Origin: a phage
Reading direction: 5' to 3' (one strand)
Sequence record: PZ402301.1
Length of the DNA: 64,000 bases
A model generated the notes under the pieces. That model ran no database searches, had not been told where the DNA came from, and was given only the letters and a program-made list of their open reading frames with translations. The position numbers and the translations under genes were made by a program. Below are positions 44,196-53,829 of the stretch, one piece after another (the first letter of the stretch is position 1; the number at the start of each line of letters is the position of its first letter).

Positions 44196-46460
44196 TCATA
44201 ATTTACAGGATGAACAATCTTCAGCTTTTGGAGTTTCTATTTCATAATCATCAGTACCAGAACCGTCACGGGTATTATGATAATAGAAATTTTTTCCGCC
44301 AAAATACCAAAAATACAAAAGGTCATCAATCATTACAGACATTGGAACCTTTCCTTTTGGAAAAATCTGCGGGTCATAATATGTATTCGCTGAAGCTGAT
44401 TGACATACCCATTTCAGCATAATAGCTACCTGCGTAAGATAAGGTTTATTTCCTTTCTTAGCTAATTTCCATGTATAATCATATAGGTCTATGTTATGCT
44501 CAATATTGGGCACGACTTGATTAAAGGAACCCTCTTTTGATTCTTTAACAGAGACTGGTCCACGTGGAGGCTCGATACCGTTTGTACTGTTAGAAACTTG
44601 GGAAGATGACTCACATGGCATAAGTGCTGATAATGTGCTATTACGGATGCCAAAGAGCTTAAGGTCTTCCCGCAGCGACGACCAGTCACAAACGTATTTT
44701 GGAGCTGCGATTTGGTCAATCTTTTTATTGTACCAGTCGATAGGTAATTCGCCTCGAGACCAACGAGTGTCTGAATAATATTCGCAAGGTCCTTTTTCTT
44801 TTGCGAGCTTAATGGATGCTTTAATGAGTCCATACTGTAATCTCTCAAATAGTTCATGTGTTAAATCGTTAGCATCTTCATAAGAAGCAAAATTACTTGC
44901 CAGCCAAGCTGCATAGTTAGTAACACCGACGCCAAGGTTTCGACGCTTTTTAGCTTTTTCTGCTTCAGGAACTGGATATCCTTGGTAATCCAAAAGATTA
45001 TCAAGAGCGCGTACTTGAACTTCTGCTAATTCATTAATTTTATCTTGGTCTTGCCAATCGAAGTTATCCAACACAAATGCAGATAACGTACACAATCCAA
45101 TTTCAGCATCAGGACCATTCACGTCATTTGTTGGAATAGCAATTTCACAACACAAGTTGCTCTGACGAATAGGTGCCTTTTCACGAATAAATGGAGTATA
45201 GTTATTCGTATTATCAATGAACTGTACATAAATCCTTGCTGTTCCTGATCGTTCAGTCATGAGCAATTCAAACAGTTCACGGGCTTTAATACGCTTTTTG
45301 CGAATATTAGGGTCTTTTTCTGCGGCTTCGTACAATTCACGGAAACGGTCTTGGTCTTTAAAATAAGAATAATAAAGCTCGCCACCCATTTCGTGTGGAC
45401 TGAACAAAGTAATGTAGTCGTTCTTTCCAAAACGTTCCATCATCAAATCATTCAGTTGAACGCCATAATCCATATGACGGATACGGTTTTCTTCTACACC
45501 TTTGTTATTTTTCAAAACGAGAAGATTTTCAACTTCCAAATGCCAAATAGGATAATAAGCAGTAGCAGCGCCGCCACGAATTCCACCCTGTGAACATGAT
45601 TTAACAGCAGTCTGAAAATGTTTCCAAAAAGGAATAACACCAGTATGACGCACTTCACCTGTGCCAATCTTAGAACCTTCGGCACGAATCATACCAACGT
45701 TAATACCAATTCCAGCGCGTTTGGAGATATATTCAACAATTGAAGCGGAAGCTTTGTTAATAGACTTCAGCGAATCACCTGCTTCAATAACAACACATGA
45801 ACTAAACTGTCGAGTTGGAGTACGGCAACCAGCCATAATAGGAGTTGGTAATGAAATCTGTCGAGTAGATACTGCTTCATAAAAACGAATAACATGTTTT
45901 AATCTATCAACAGGTTCATCTTGATGCAATGCCATTCCAATAGTCATAAATGCAAACTGCGGAGTTTCATAAATTTGACCAGTGGTTTTATCTTTAACGA
46001 GATATTTTTCTTTTAATTGCATCGCCCCGGAATAAGTAAATTCCATATCCCGCTCGTGCTTAATTTTTGATTCTAAAAATGTAATTTCTTCTGCAGAATA
46101 TTTTGACAACAATTCAGGGTCGTATTTACCTTCATTTACACAGTAAGAAATATGGTCAATAAATGAACGTGGTTCATACTGACCGTAAACATGCTTACGA
46201 AGAGCAAACATTAAACAGCGTGCAGCTACGTATTGATAATCAGGCTCTTCAACTGAAATAGAATTCGCAGCAGCCTTAATTACAATAGTCTGAATGTCAT
46301 CAGTTGTCATTCCATCACGGAGATATGATTTAATATTTTCATATAATTCATAAGGATCTACAGATGTTCCTTCAGCTGCCCAAGATAAAACTTTAATAAT
46401 TTTTTGTGGGTCAAAGCTCTGAGAAACACCACTACTTTTGATAACATTAATTAATTGCAT
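44196..46460 (-). CDS. nrdA: ribonucleotide reductase large subunit NrdA
   Basis: 754 aa as T4 NrdA; ATP-cone at N-terminus and C-terminal CxxC tail. Confidence 0.95.
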   Translation of the reverse strand: MQLINVIKSSGVSQSFDPQKIIKVLSWAAEGTSVDPYELYENIKSYLRDGMTTDDIQTIVIKAAANSISVEEPDYQYVAARCLMFALRKHVYGQYEPRSFIDHISYCVNEGKYDPELLSKYSAEEITFLESKIKHERDMEFTYSGAMQLKEKYLVKDKTTGQIYETPQFAFMTIGMALHQDEPVDRLKHVIRFYEAVSTRQISLPTPIMAGCRTPTRQFSSCVVIEAGDSLKSINKASASIVEYISKRAGIGINVGMIRAEGSKIGTGEVRHTGVIPFWKHFQTAVKSCSQGGIRGGAATAYYPIWHLEVENLLVLKNNKGVEENRIRHMDYGVQLNDLMMERFGKNDYITLFSPHEMGGELYYSYFKDQDRFRELYEAAEKDPNIRKKRIKARELFELLMTERSGTARIYVQFIDNTNNYTPFIREKAPIRQSNLCCEIAIPTNDVNGPDAEIGLCTLSAFVLDNFDWQDQDKINELAEVQVRALDNLLDYQGYPVPEAEKAKKRRNLGVGVTNYAAWLASNFASYEDANDLTHELFERLQYGLIKASIKLAKEKGPCEYYSDTRWSRGELPIDWYNKKIDQIAAPKYVCDWSSLREDLKLFGIRNSTLSALMPCESSSQVSNSTNGIEPPRGPVSVKESKEGSFNQVVPNIEHNIDLYDYTWKLAKKGNKPYLTQVAIMLKWVCQSASANTYYDPQIFPKGKVPMSVMIDDLLYFWYFGGKNFYYHNTRDGSGTDDYEIETPKAEDCSSCKL

Positions 46461-46777
46461 AAGTCCTCAACTTGAAAATCGTCTTTAAACAATCGGTTAA
46501 CTATATGAGCTATTATATCACCATGACACGGCTTTGGTTTACATGTGCATCCTAGCCTCATTCCACGTAAAGGCTCTAAATGTGCTTTAGTTATTTCTCC
46601 GGATTTAATTCGACGTATAAAATCTTTTTTGAATAATTCAATGGCAGCCTCCCGGCTGCCAGCATCTTTACCGACGTAATTTCCCCAAAATGTACCACGG
46701 TGAATATTAACATCAAAGTCGGATTTATATTTATTCACTACCCGGCATAGACGGCCCGCGTGGTAATAATTCGTCAT
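46451..46777 (-). CDS. nrdA.1: hypothetical protein (positional nrdA.1)
   Basis: 108-aa ORF with ATG; overlaps nrdA start by 10 nt. Confidence 0.6.
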   Translation of the reverse strand: MTNYYHAGRLCRVVNKYKSDFDVNIHRGTFWGNYVGKDAGSREAAIELFKKDFIRRIKSGEITKAHLEPLRGMRLGCTCKPKPCHGDIIAHIVNRLFKDDFQVEDLCN

Positions 46778-47006
46778 ATTGTTTTTCCGTTAAAACAGTA
46801 ATATCATAATAACAATCAGAAGAAGTTTTAACTGTAGAAATTTTATTATCAAAATACTCACGAGTCATTTTATGAGTATAATATTTTTTGCCATAAATGA
46901 TAATAGGCTGTTCTGGTCCTGGAACTTCTAACTCGCTTGGATTAGGAAGTGTAAAAAGAACGACACCAGAAGTATCCTTAAATCGTAAAATCATATATCC
47001 TCTCAA
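46731..47006 (-). CDS. nrdA.2: hypothetical protein (positional nrdA.2)
   Basis: 91-aa ORF overlapping nrdA.1 by 47 nt in another frame. Confidence 0.55.
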   Translation of the reverse strand: MRGYMILRFKDTSGVVLFTLPNPSELEVPGPEQPIIIYGKKYYTHKMTREYFDNKISTVKTSSDCYYDITVLTEKQYDELLPRGPSMPGSE

Positions 47007-47017
47007 TTAAATTAAAA

Positions 47018-47878
47018 TTACACCGCCATCTTTCCTTTCAAGACACCGTGGGACTGATAATCTTTGAGAACGAAATCCCGTGCTGTCATATATTCAGTTA
47101 ACCAATACATTTGAGTTTCAGTATCGCATTGACTGAATCCATTAGGCCAATTAATACTGAGTTTGCATAGATCCATAGGAGTTCTATTTAATATCTCTTT
47201 GCATTGCTCAATATGGTTAGAATAAATGTGTGTATTACCACCCGAGAATACCAAATCGCCCGGAACTAGTTCACACATGTCAGCAACAATATGCAAAAGA
47301 GCAGCATAACTCGCGATGTTAAATGGAAGACCGAGGAAAACATCTACCGAACGTTGATACCATTGGAGGTCAAGGTATCCGTTACGCACATTAAACTGAT
47401 AGAACATATGACAAGGAGGTAATGCCATCTGCTTGAGTTCAGCTGGATTCCATGCCGACACAATTTGACGCCTATCGTTGGGAAATGTTTTAATACGATT
47501 AACAACTTCTACAATTTGATCTACACCACCAAAATCACGCCACTGTTTTCCGTAAATTGGACCAAGTTCACCGCTATGATAACCTAAGTCTTTGGCCTGG
47601 TTTTCGTAGTTTTCATCCCAAATTGTTTTTCCTGCAATTAAAGATCCATGAGTACGTTGACGTAAATCATTTACGTTAGTACTTCCTGATAAGAACCACA
47701 ATAACTCAGAAATACATGCATTCCAGGCGAGCTTCTTAGTCGTTACTGCAGGAAAACCTTTAGTTAAATCCCAGCGTAATTTAGTACCGAACAAAGCAAT
47801 TGTTCCTGTGCCTGTTCGGTCATCAGTTTCATAGCCATTTTCAAAAATGTCTTTAATTAAATCTTGGTATTGTTTCAT
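47018..47878 (-). CDS. td: thymidylate synthase (uninterrupted)
   Basis: 286-aa continuous ORF with ThyA active-site region ...ALPPCHMFYQF...; no intron. Confidence 0.95.
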   Translation of the reverse strand: MKQYQDLIKDIFENGYETDDRTGTGTIALFGTKLRWDLTKGFPAVTTKKLAWNACISELLWFLSGSTNVNDLRQRTHGSLIAGKTIWDENYENQAKDLGYHSGELGPIYGKQWRDFGGVDQIVEVVNRIKTFPNDRRQIVSAWNPAELKQMALPPCHMFYQFNVRNGYLDLQWYQRSVDVFLGLPFNIASYAALLHIVADMCELVPGDLVFSGGNTHIYSNHIEQCKEILNRTPMDLCKLSINWPNGFSQCDTETQMYWLTEYMTARDFVLKDYQSHGVLKGKMAV

Positions 47879-47922
47879 TTAGTACCTTATATAAATTATA
47901 ATACATTTTATGAAGCTAATAA

Positions 47923-48282
47923 TCAATACGGTTTAGCATCAAATTTTCTTTCGATTTCAGGAGTGAAATATAATTCTTTACCACGTTTGGAAAAACGACC
48001 AATAATATGATAATTATTCTCATCAAACGTGATATTACCAATATCCATAGCTTTCAACCAAATATCGATATTTCTATCTAGTTTTATATCAAAATTCCAA
48101 TACGGAGAACTATTACCAAAAATACTACAAGCGGATTCAGTGAAACAACTGCTATAAATCTTGCCTTTAGGAACTACTAATTGATAGACGCCTTTAATAA
48201 ACTGAGGACCCTGCCATTTTGGTTGTTTCGCGTCTTTTTCTAATAGAATAGGGTAATAATTAAAATTCATATTTTCCGCCAC
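47923..48282 (-). CDS. hypothetical protein inserted between frd and td
   Basis: 119-aa ORF with no recognisable motif, filling a 412-bp gap between frd stop and td start. Confidence 0.55.
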   Translation of the reverse strand: MAENMNFNYYPILLEKDAKQPKWQGPQFIKGVYQLVVPKGKIYSSCFTESACSIFGNSSPYWNFDIKLDRNIDIWLKAMDIGNITFDENNYHIIGRFSKRGKELYFTPEIERKFDAKPY

Positions 48283-48290
48283 GTGTTATT

Positions 48291-49117
<827 letters not shown>

Positions 49118-49125
49118 ATTATCTC

Positions 49126-49461
49126 CTAATATAAAGGATCGGGAACATATCCACTGGCTTTAATCATTTTGATTAACGTTAGCAGTCCTTTATTAACTGC
49201 TTGTGAGATTTCATTAAAAACTTCATCACTAAAAAGTTCTAACACTCCCTTCTGAACTTTTAATTTACAACCAACAATTTCGTCATCGCCTATAGTAAAT
49301 TCGTTTCCGCCAATTCCACCGAAAAACTTAATTACACCAGTTAACTGTGTTCCACGAGAATATGGGTCGTGTGATAAAGTAATATGAGTCACCCCAGGTA
49401 CAGTTTTAAATTGGCAGCGAATGTTTACTTGTGAAATTCCAGTTACGTGAATGTCAGACAT
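49126..49461 (-). CDS. frd.2: hypothetical protein (positional frd.2)
   Basis: 111-aa ORF. Confidence 0.55.
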   Translation of the reverse strand: MSDIHVTGISQVNIRCQFKTVPGVTHITLSHDPYSRGTQLTGVIKFFGGIGGNEFTIGDDEIVGCKLKVQKGVLELFSDEVFNEISQAVNKGLLTLIKMIKASGYVPDPLY

Positions 49462-49471
49462 AATATTTTCC

Positions 49472-49714
49472 TCAAACAGACTTTTTCACAATTTTCCAAT
49501 CAGCTTTAAACTGTTCAACGTCAGAATGGTAAATCCAGAATCCTGCGCTTTCTCCATCCTCATAAAGAGGGCATCCATCACATTCATCTTCCCATCCCAT
49601 ATCACGTAAAAGATGTTCAGCTTTTTCAACGAGTTCAGAATCTTTACCGATGATATTAAAATACCATTTACCTTTAACTTCTGAATCTTTGATGCTCTGA
49701 CGTTGTAATCTCAT
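49472..49714 (-). CDS. frd.3: hypothetical protein (positional frd.3)
   Basis: 80-aa ORF. Confidence 0.55.
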   Translation of the reverse strand: MRLQRQSIKDSEVKGKWYFNIIGKDSELVEKAEHLLRDMGWEDECDGCPLYEDGESAGFWIYHSDVEQFKADWKIVKKSV

Positions 49715-49768
49715 TTTATTCTCCTTAGTTGATAGGGTAATAGTATCATACTACTACCCTTCTGTAAA

Positions 49769-50134
49769 CTACTTTTTGAAAGTTTTTCGCAAAAGTTCAA
49801 TGATTTCATCTACATTGTTTTCGTCTACAATGCAGTGAATTTTTGTTACGCCAGAAACCTTGTCTTTGACTTCATCTTCTTCAGAAGTCGATTCTTTATA
49901 CTCGCGAAAACAATGAAATTCGTCTTCACAGACGTTGAAGTAAAAATGCTTTCCATTTGCGCATTCAATGTGTTTTATTACTCTAAATCCATCAGCAAAG
50001 AAAGCTTCTTTAACTTCAAACCATCCGCCATTATCTCGAATAGCTTTAACTATTGATGAATTAGAACGCGGGCGATAATTAATAAATGTATCAATAAGTC
50101 TTGGAACAAGTTCATATTTTCTACCAATATACAT
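49769..50134 (-). CDS. hypothetical protein
   Basis: 121-aa ORF with several Cys/His (HIECANGKHFYFNVCEDEFHCF). Confidence 0.5.
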   Translation of the reverse strand: MYIGRKYELVPRLIDTFINYRPRSNSSIVKAIRDNGGWFEVKEAFFADGFRVIKHIECANGKHFYFNVCEDEFHCFREYKESTSEEDEVKDKVSGVTKIHCIVDENNVDEIIELLRKTFKK

Positions 50135-50178
50135 TGTGTTTTCCTCATTTTAATAGGGGCTTGATAGCCCCTTAATAA

Positions 50179-50406
50179 TTACTGCTCAATAAATCCTGTG
50201 TAAAATTCTACATCTTCAGCATCCATACCGTCACAATATTCATTAACCATAAATTGTTTAAGACGATTTAAAGGACCTTCAATAACAACTGAAACATTGC
50301 AATTGGGGTCATTTAGTGCGCTTGTAATACGGAGTTCAGGATAACGATTACGAATAATTTCTTCAATATATTCAAAATCAACAACATCAATATCAATTTT
50401 AGCCAT
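50179..50406 (-). CDS. hypothetical small protein
   Basis: ORF-track 118-aa version would read through the gene 32 terminator; internal ATG at 50406 with AAGAGGA SD gives 75 aa. Confidence 0.5.
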   Translation of the reverse strand: MAKIDIDVVDFEYIEEIIRNRYPELRITSALNDPNCNVSVVIEGPLNRLKQFMVNEYCDGMDAEDVEFYTGFIEQ

Positions 50407-50514
50407 GTTATTTTCCTCTTTAATCATCATCAGCAGTATTGCCGATAGTTGTATAGTACCACAGTATGCTTTGGTTGTAAACCGTTTTGTGAAAAAATTT
50501 TTGAAATAAAAAAA

Positions 50515-50533
50515 GGGGACCTCTAGGGTCCCC
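50515..50533 (-). terminator. rho-independent terminator after gene 32 (minus strand)
   Basis: GGGGACC..GGUCCCC stem followed by UUUUUUAUUUCAAAAAUUUUUU on the minus transcript, 22 nt after gene 32 stop. Confidence 0.65.
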
Positions 50534-50555
50534 AATTAATTAGTAATATAATCTA

Positions 50556-51464
50556 TTAAAGGTCATTCAAAAGGTCATCCAGGTCCGTGTCATCAGCACT
50601 AGATGAACTGCCAGAGCTTGAGCTCATAAAATCATCTTCAGTTTTTGTTTTGAAGTCATCAACATTAAATGCATCCAAATCATCAGCAACTTTATCGGCT
50701 TTCTTAGCAGCAGTCGCTGCGGCACCACCCATAGCAGCAGTTCCCATAACTTGACTGAACTTAGTGCTCAGTTCTTCAAACGATTTGAATTTATCTTTAG
50801 AAGTCATTTCAGAAAGGTCAACCATTTGTTCGAACAGTTCTTTCTGGAAAGATTCATCATCAATGTTTGGAATCGCAGATTGATTCAGGAATTTAGATTC
50901 GTCGTAGTTACTAAAACCAGAAACTTGTTTAACTTTCAGTACAAAGTTAGTACCTTCCCACGGACAAGTTACATCAACCGGAGTTTCACCCATTTCAACA
51001 TCAACTGCAATCATTGCATTGATTTTATCCCAGATTTTCTTACCGAAACGGTATTTAAATACTTTACCTTCATTTTCTGGAGCGGCTGGGTCTTTTACTA
51101 CAAGAATGTTAGCCCAGTAAGAAGTTTTACGTTTAACAAGACCGTATTCTTTATTGTCAGTGTTGTACAAATCATTTTTACTGATGTACTGACATACTGG
51201 GCAAGAATCGTAATCACCGTGGGTAGATGAACAGTTTTCAATATACCATTTACCATTTTTCTTGAAACCGTGATTTACAAGAATTGCGAATGGTGCTTGT
51301 TCATCATTTTTAGACGGAAGAAAACGAATTACTGCTTGACCGTTACCCGCATTGTCGAGTTTCAGTTTCCACTCGCCTTTATCTTCAGAAGAAAAACCAC
51401 CTTTATTTCCAGCCAGTTTAGCCATTTGTGCAGCGAGTTCAGCAGTAGATTTACGTTTAAACAT
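50556..51464 (-). CDS. 32: single-stranded DNA-binding protein gp32
   Basis: 302 aa; N-terminal [17 protein letters not shown] and acidic C-terminal tail ...[22 protein letters not shown] as T4 gp32. Confidence 0.96.
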   Translation of the reverse strand: MFKRKSTAELAAQMAKLAGNKGGFSSEDKGEWKLKLDNAGNGQAVIRFLPSKNDEQAPFAILVNHGFKKNGKWYIENCSSTHGDYDSCPVCQYISKNDLYNTDNKEYGLVKRKTSYWANILVVKDPAAPENEGKVFKYRFGKKIWDKINAMIAVDVEMGETPVDVTCPWEGTNFVLKVKQVSGFSNYDESKFLNQSAIPNIDDESFQKELFEQMVDLSEMTSKDKFKSFEELSTKFSQVMGTAAMGGAAATAAKKADKVADDLDAFNVDDFKTKTEDDFMSSSSGSSSSADDTDLDDLLNDL

Positions 51465-51547
51465 TTTTATTTCCTTTTTAATTTAATTAACAGTTGGTGC
51501 TATGACGATGTATGACCTCATAGCTGGTCAGTGAGATAATTATAATC
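51465..51547 (-). promoter_or_regulatory. gene 32 leader: autoregulatory translational operator (structured region plus unstructured A/U-rich tract)
   Basis: Minus-strand leader ends ...UUAAAUUAAAAAGGAAAUAAAAAUG, preceded by GC-containing region CUAUGAGGUCAUACAUCGUCAUAGCAC capable of hairpin/pseudoknot, matching the known architecture of the T4 gene 32 operator. Confidence 0.55.
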
Positions 51548-51555
51548 TATTTATA
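51548..51555 (-). promoter_or_regulatory. late promoter box TATAAATA (minus strand) upstream of gene 32
   Basis: Plus-strand TATTTATA at 51548-51555. Confidence 0.45.
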
Positions 51556-51563
51556 ATAAGCAA

Positions 51564-52217
51564 TTAGTACTTACAAGATTTCACAGTTTCAATAAAAACA
51601 CTTTTAGCTTTCTGCGAATCAATATTTAAAATTTTTCTATAAGCCTTTAACTTTATAGAATAATTATTCCAGACTAAATTATCAGTCTGTTCATCATGTT
51701 TATCGATTATATTTAAAAACGAATCAAGCAAGATAAACGTCTCAAACGAAATTATATTCGATTGAAGTAGTTTAAAAATATAACTTGATTGAACTTTTGG
51801 ATTATACTCAAAGATTTCTTTAAAAGCAGAAACTTCAACTTTTTTACTAAAATAATAAATGTTGCGAATATCTTCTTCAAACTTAAATTTAATTTGCTTT
51901 AAGCGTCCGATATATTCACGATAAAACACAAGTGCATCAGCGTCAGAGATGTCACCAATCCAAGCATCTTGGTTAGCAACAAGATTGCTTATAAAGATTA
52001 AAGCAAGTTCCTTTAATTTATATTTTTCTGATAACTTCTGGAAAAAATACTTATCCCTTCGCTTTTGATAAGCGGCATCAGACACCCGCATGCACCAATT
52101 ATACTTAATTACATCATACTTTCCATTCATATGTTGTTTTATCATTAAGTATAATTTATAAACTGATTTACCATCAATGTATCTTTCACCACCAGCAGGC
52201 ATGCGGAGTTTAATCAT
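51564..52217 (-). CDS. 59: helicase loader gp59
   Basis: 217 aa as T4 gp59. Confidence 0.9.
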   Translation of the reverse strand: MIKLRMPAGGERYIDGKSVYKLYLMIKQHMNGKYDVIKYNWCMRVSDAAYQKRRDKYFFQKLSEKYKLKELALIFISNLVANQDAWIGDISDADALVFYREYIGRLKQIKFKFEEDIRNIYYFSKKVEVSAFKEIFEYNPKVQSSYIFKLLQSNIISFETFILLDSFLNIIDKHDEQTDNLVWNNYSIKLKAYRKILNIDSQKAKSVFIETVKSCKY

Positions 52218-52552
52218 AATAGAAAATCTAATGTATTAGTTTTTTCACAACGAACAACAGAAGGACGTAAAAGATTTTCGTCAATAGCTTCTGACTGAAT
52301 TTTTTCAATTATACCCGAAGGAATAAATTTAGCAAATTGAGTTTCAGGAATAGAATTTTCTTCCAAGAATGCTGTTGTAGCTTCAAGATAACTCATTCCA
52401 AACTCTTCTACCATTTTTTCAATAATAAATCCATTTTCTTGGCGGTCAAGAAGCTTTGCAATTTCATCCTTTTCTTTCTTAATTGAAAGTTCTTTTTCTG
52501 AAAGACCGGTCTCATCGACCGGACGAATATCATTTAGAGAAAACTGTGTCAT
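52214..52552 (-). CDS. 33: late transcription co-activator gp33
   Basis: ORF-track start 52561 is TTG; ATG at 52552 gives 112 aa (MTQFSLNDIRP...) as T4 gp33. Confidence 0.85.
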   Translation of the reverse strand: MTQFSLNDIRPVDETGLSEKELSIKKEKDEIAKLLDRQENGFIIEKMVEEFGMSYLEATTAFLEENSIPETQFAKFIPSGIIEKIQSEAIDENLLRPSVVRCEKTNTLDFLL

Positions 52553-52799
52553 AAAGTTCAACTACCTCTTCAGTTTCAGCTTCAAACACATCACGGTTAT
52601 CTTTATGATACAAAGCTAACAGACGATTAAACATCTTGCCATCAACGCCAAGTTCATCTTTGGCACGAATTCGAATGTCTTTAATCAATTCATTATAACC
52701 GGAAATTTTCAGTTTATGATCAGATGCTTCTTTGATAAATTTAGCTAAGTCTTCGCCATGGATAGCTTCATCAAATTCAACCATTTCTTTTTTAGCCAT
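52530..52799 (-). CDS. dsbA: double-stranded DNA-binding protein DsbA (late transcription enhancer)
   Basis: 89 aa as T4 DsbA; overlaps gene 33 start by 23 nt. Confidence 0.8.
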   Translation of the reverse strand: MAKKEMVEFDEAIHGEDLAKFIKEASDHKLKISGYNELIKDIRIRAKDELGVDGKMFNRLLALYHKDNRDVFEAETEEVVELYDTVFSK

Positions 52800-52807
52800 T
52801 ATTCACC

Positions 52808-53725
52808 TCAAAATTCATTAATGCTATTAGTTAATTTAGAAAGACCCGCTTTTACAAAATATGAATAAATTTTGCCACGCGGTGGTAATTTATATGAATT
52901 ATAGTAATTCACAATGTTTGAAGCAATATTATCAGGAATATAATCAAAATCAATTAGAACTAAATTTTCTTTATACCGATTATATTCAGATTCAGTGAGA
53001 AGCACCTTAGCTTGCTCACGGTCATTAGCAATAGCTTCAACAATAGAAGTTTTCATTGAAGGAGTTCGTTCACCTTCAACTCTGGTAAACCAAAAGTCAG
53101 ATCGTACTTTAACTGAAGCGACGTTATCCTTTTTATCACCCTTAAGAATTTTAGTCATGCAGTCAATTTCAGCAGAACCGCTTTTAATTTTAACCCATTT
53201 CTTGTGCATCGGTGACCATTGCTTAACATTTGGATACTTATGAAGTTGGGTAAAGTCACCATCCGATGAAATGATTAAAATCTTATGTCCTTCTAAAGAA
53301 AACTTTTTAACAAGAACAGCAATGTGATCATCTGCTTCATACTTATCAATATCCATAACAATGTATGGCATATAAGCTTTCAATTCATCTATAACTTTAT
53401 GACTGGATTCAAAATAACCTTCCCAGTCCCAAGTAGATTCTTCTCGTGCTTTTCCGCGGTTTTTCTTATAATAATAAGCGAAATCACGACGCCAGTATCC
53501 AGATTTCGCGTTATCAATACACAATACAATTTTAGTGTATCCAAGAGTTTTTGCTTTTTTGACATTAAACTTAATTGAGTTCAATATCAAATGACGAACC
53601 ATTGATAAATTAATTTTTTCTTTATCTGGGAAGTTTACCAAAGCAGTTGAAAGCGCAATTTGACTAAAGTCAATTAAGCAAATTCCTTCTTTGTAATCTT
53701 CATCCAGCATCATTTCTAAATCCAT
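52808..53725 (-). CDS. rnh: RNase H / 5'-3' exonuclease (FEN family)
   Basis: ORF-track start 53740 is TTG; ATG at 53725 gives 305 aa (MDLEMMLDEDYKEG...) as T4 RNase H. Confidence 0.92.
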   Translation of the reverse strand: MDLEMMLDEDYKEGICLIDFSQIALSTALVNFPDKEKINLSMVRHLILNSIKFNVKKAKTLGYTKIVLCIDNAKSGYWRRDFAYYYKKNRGKAREESTWDWEGYFESSHKVIDELKAYMPYIVMDIDKYEADDHIAVLVKKFSLEGHKILIISSDGDFTQLHKYPNVKQWSPMHKKWVKIKSGSAEIDCMTKILKGDKKDNVASVKVRSDFWFTRVEGERTPSMKTSIVEAIANDREQAKVLLTESEYNRYKENLVLIDFDYIPDNIASNIVNYYNSYKLPPRGKIYSYFVKAGLSKLTNSINEF

Positions 53726-53754
53726 ATGAACCTCGTTCAATTAGTGAGATTTCT

Positions 53755-53784
53755 ATTATATACCATCCGAATCTTAAAGTAAAC
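53755..53784 (-). promoter_or_regulatory. predicted early promoter for rnh (GTTTAC -35, TATAAT -10)
   Basis: Minus strand GTTTACtttaagattcggatggtaTATAATagaa ending about 30 nt upstream of rnh ATG. Confidence 0.5.
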
Positions 53785-53787
53785 AAG

Positions 53788-53795
53788 TATAAATA
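53788..53795 (+). promoter_or_regulatory. late promoter box TATAAATA upstream of gene 34
   Basis: Exact TATAAATA 35 nt upstream of gene 34 ATG; divergent from rnh promoter. Confidence 0.5.
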
Positions 53796-53829
53796 CTTAT
53801 TATTGAAAACACAATAGGAGCCCGGGAGA

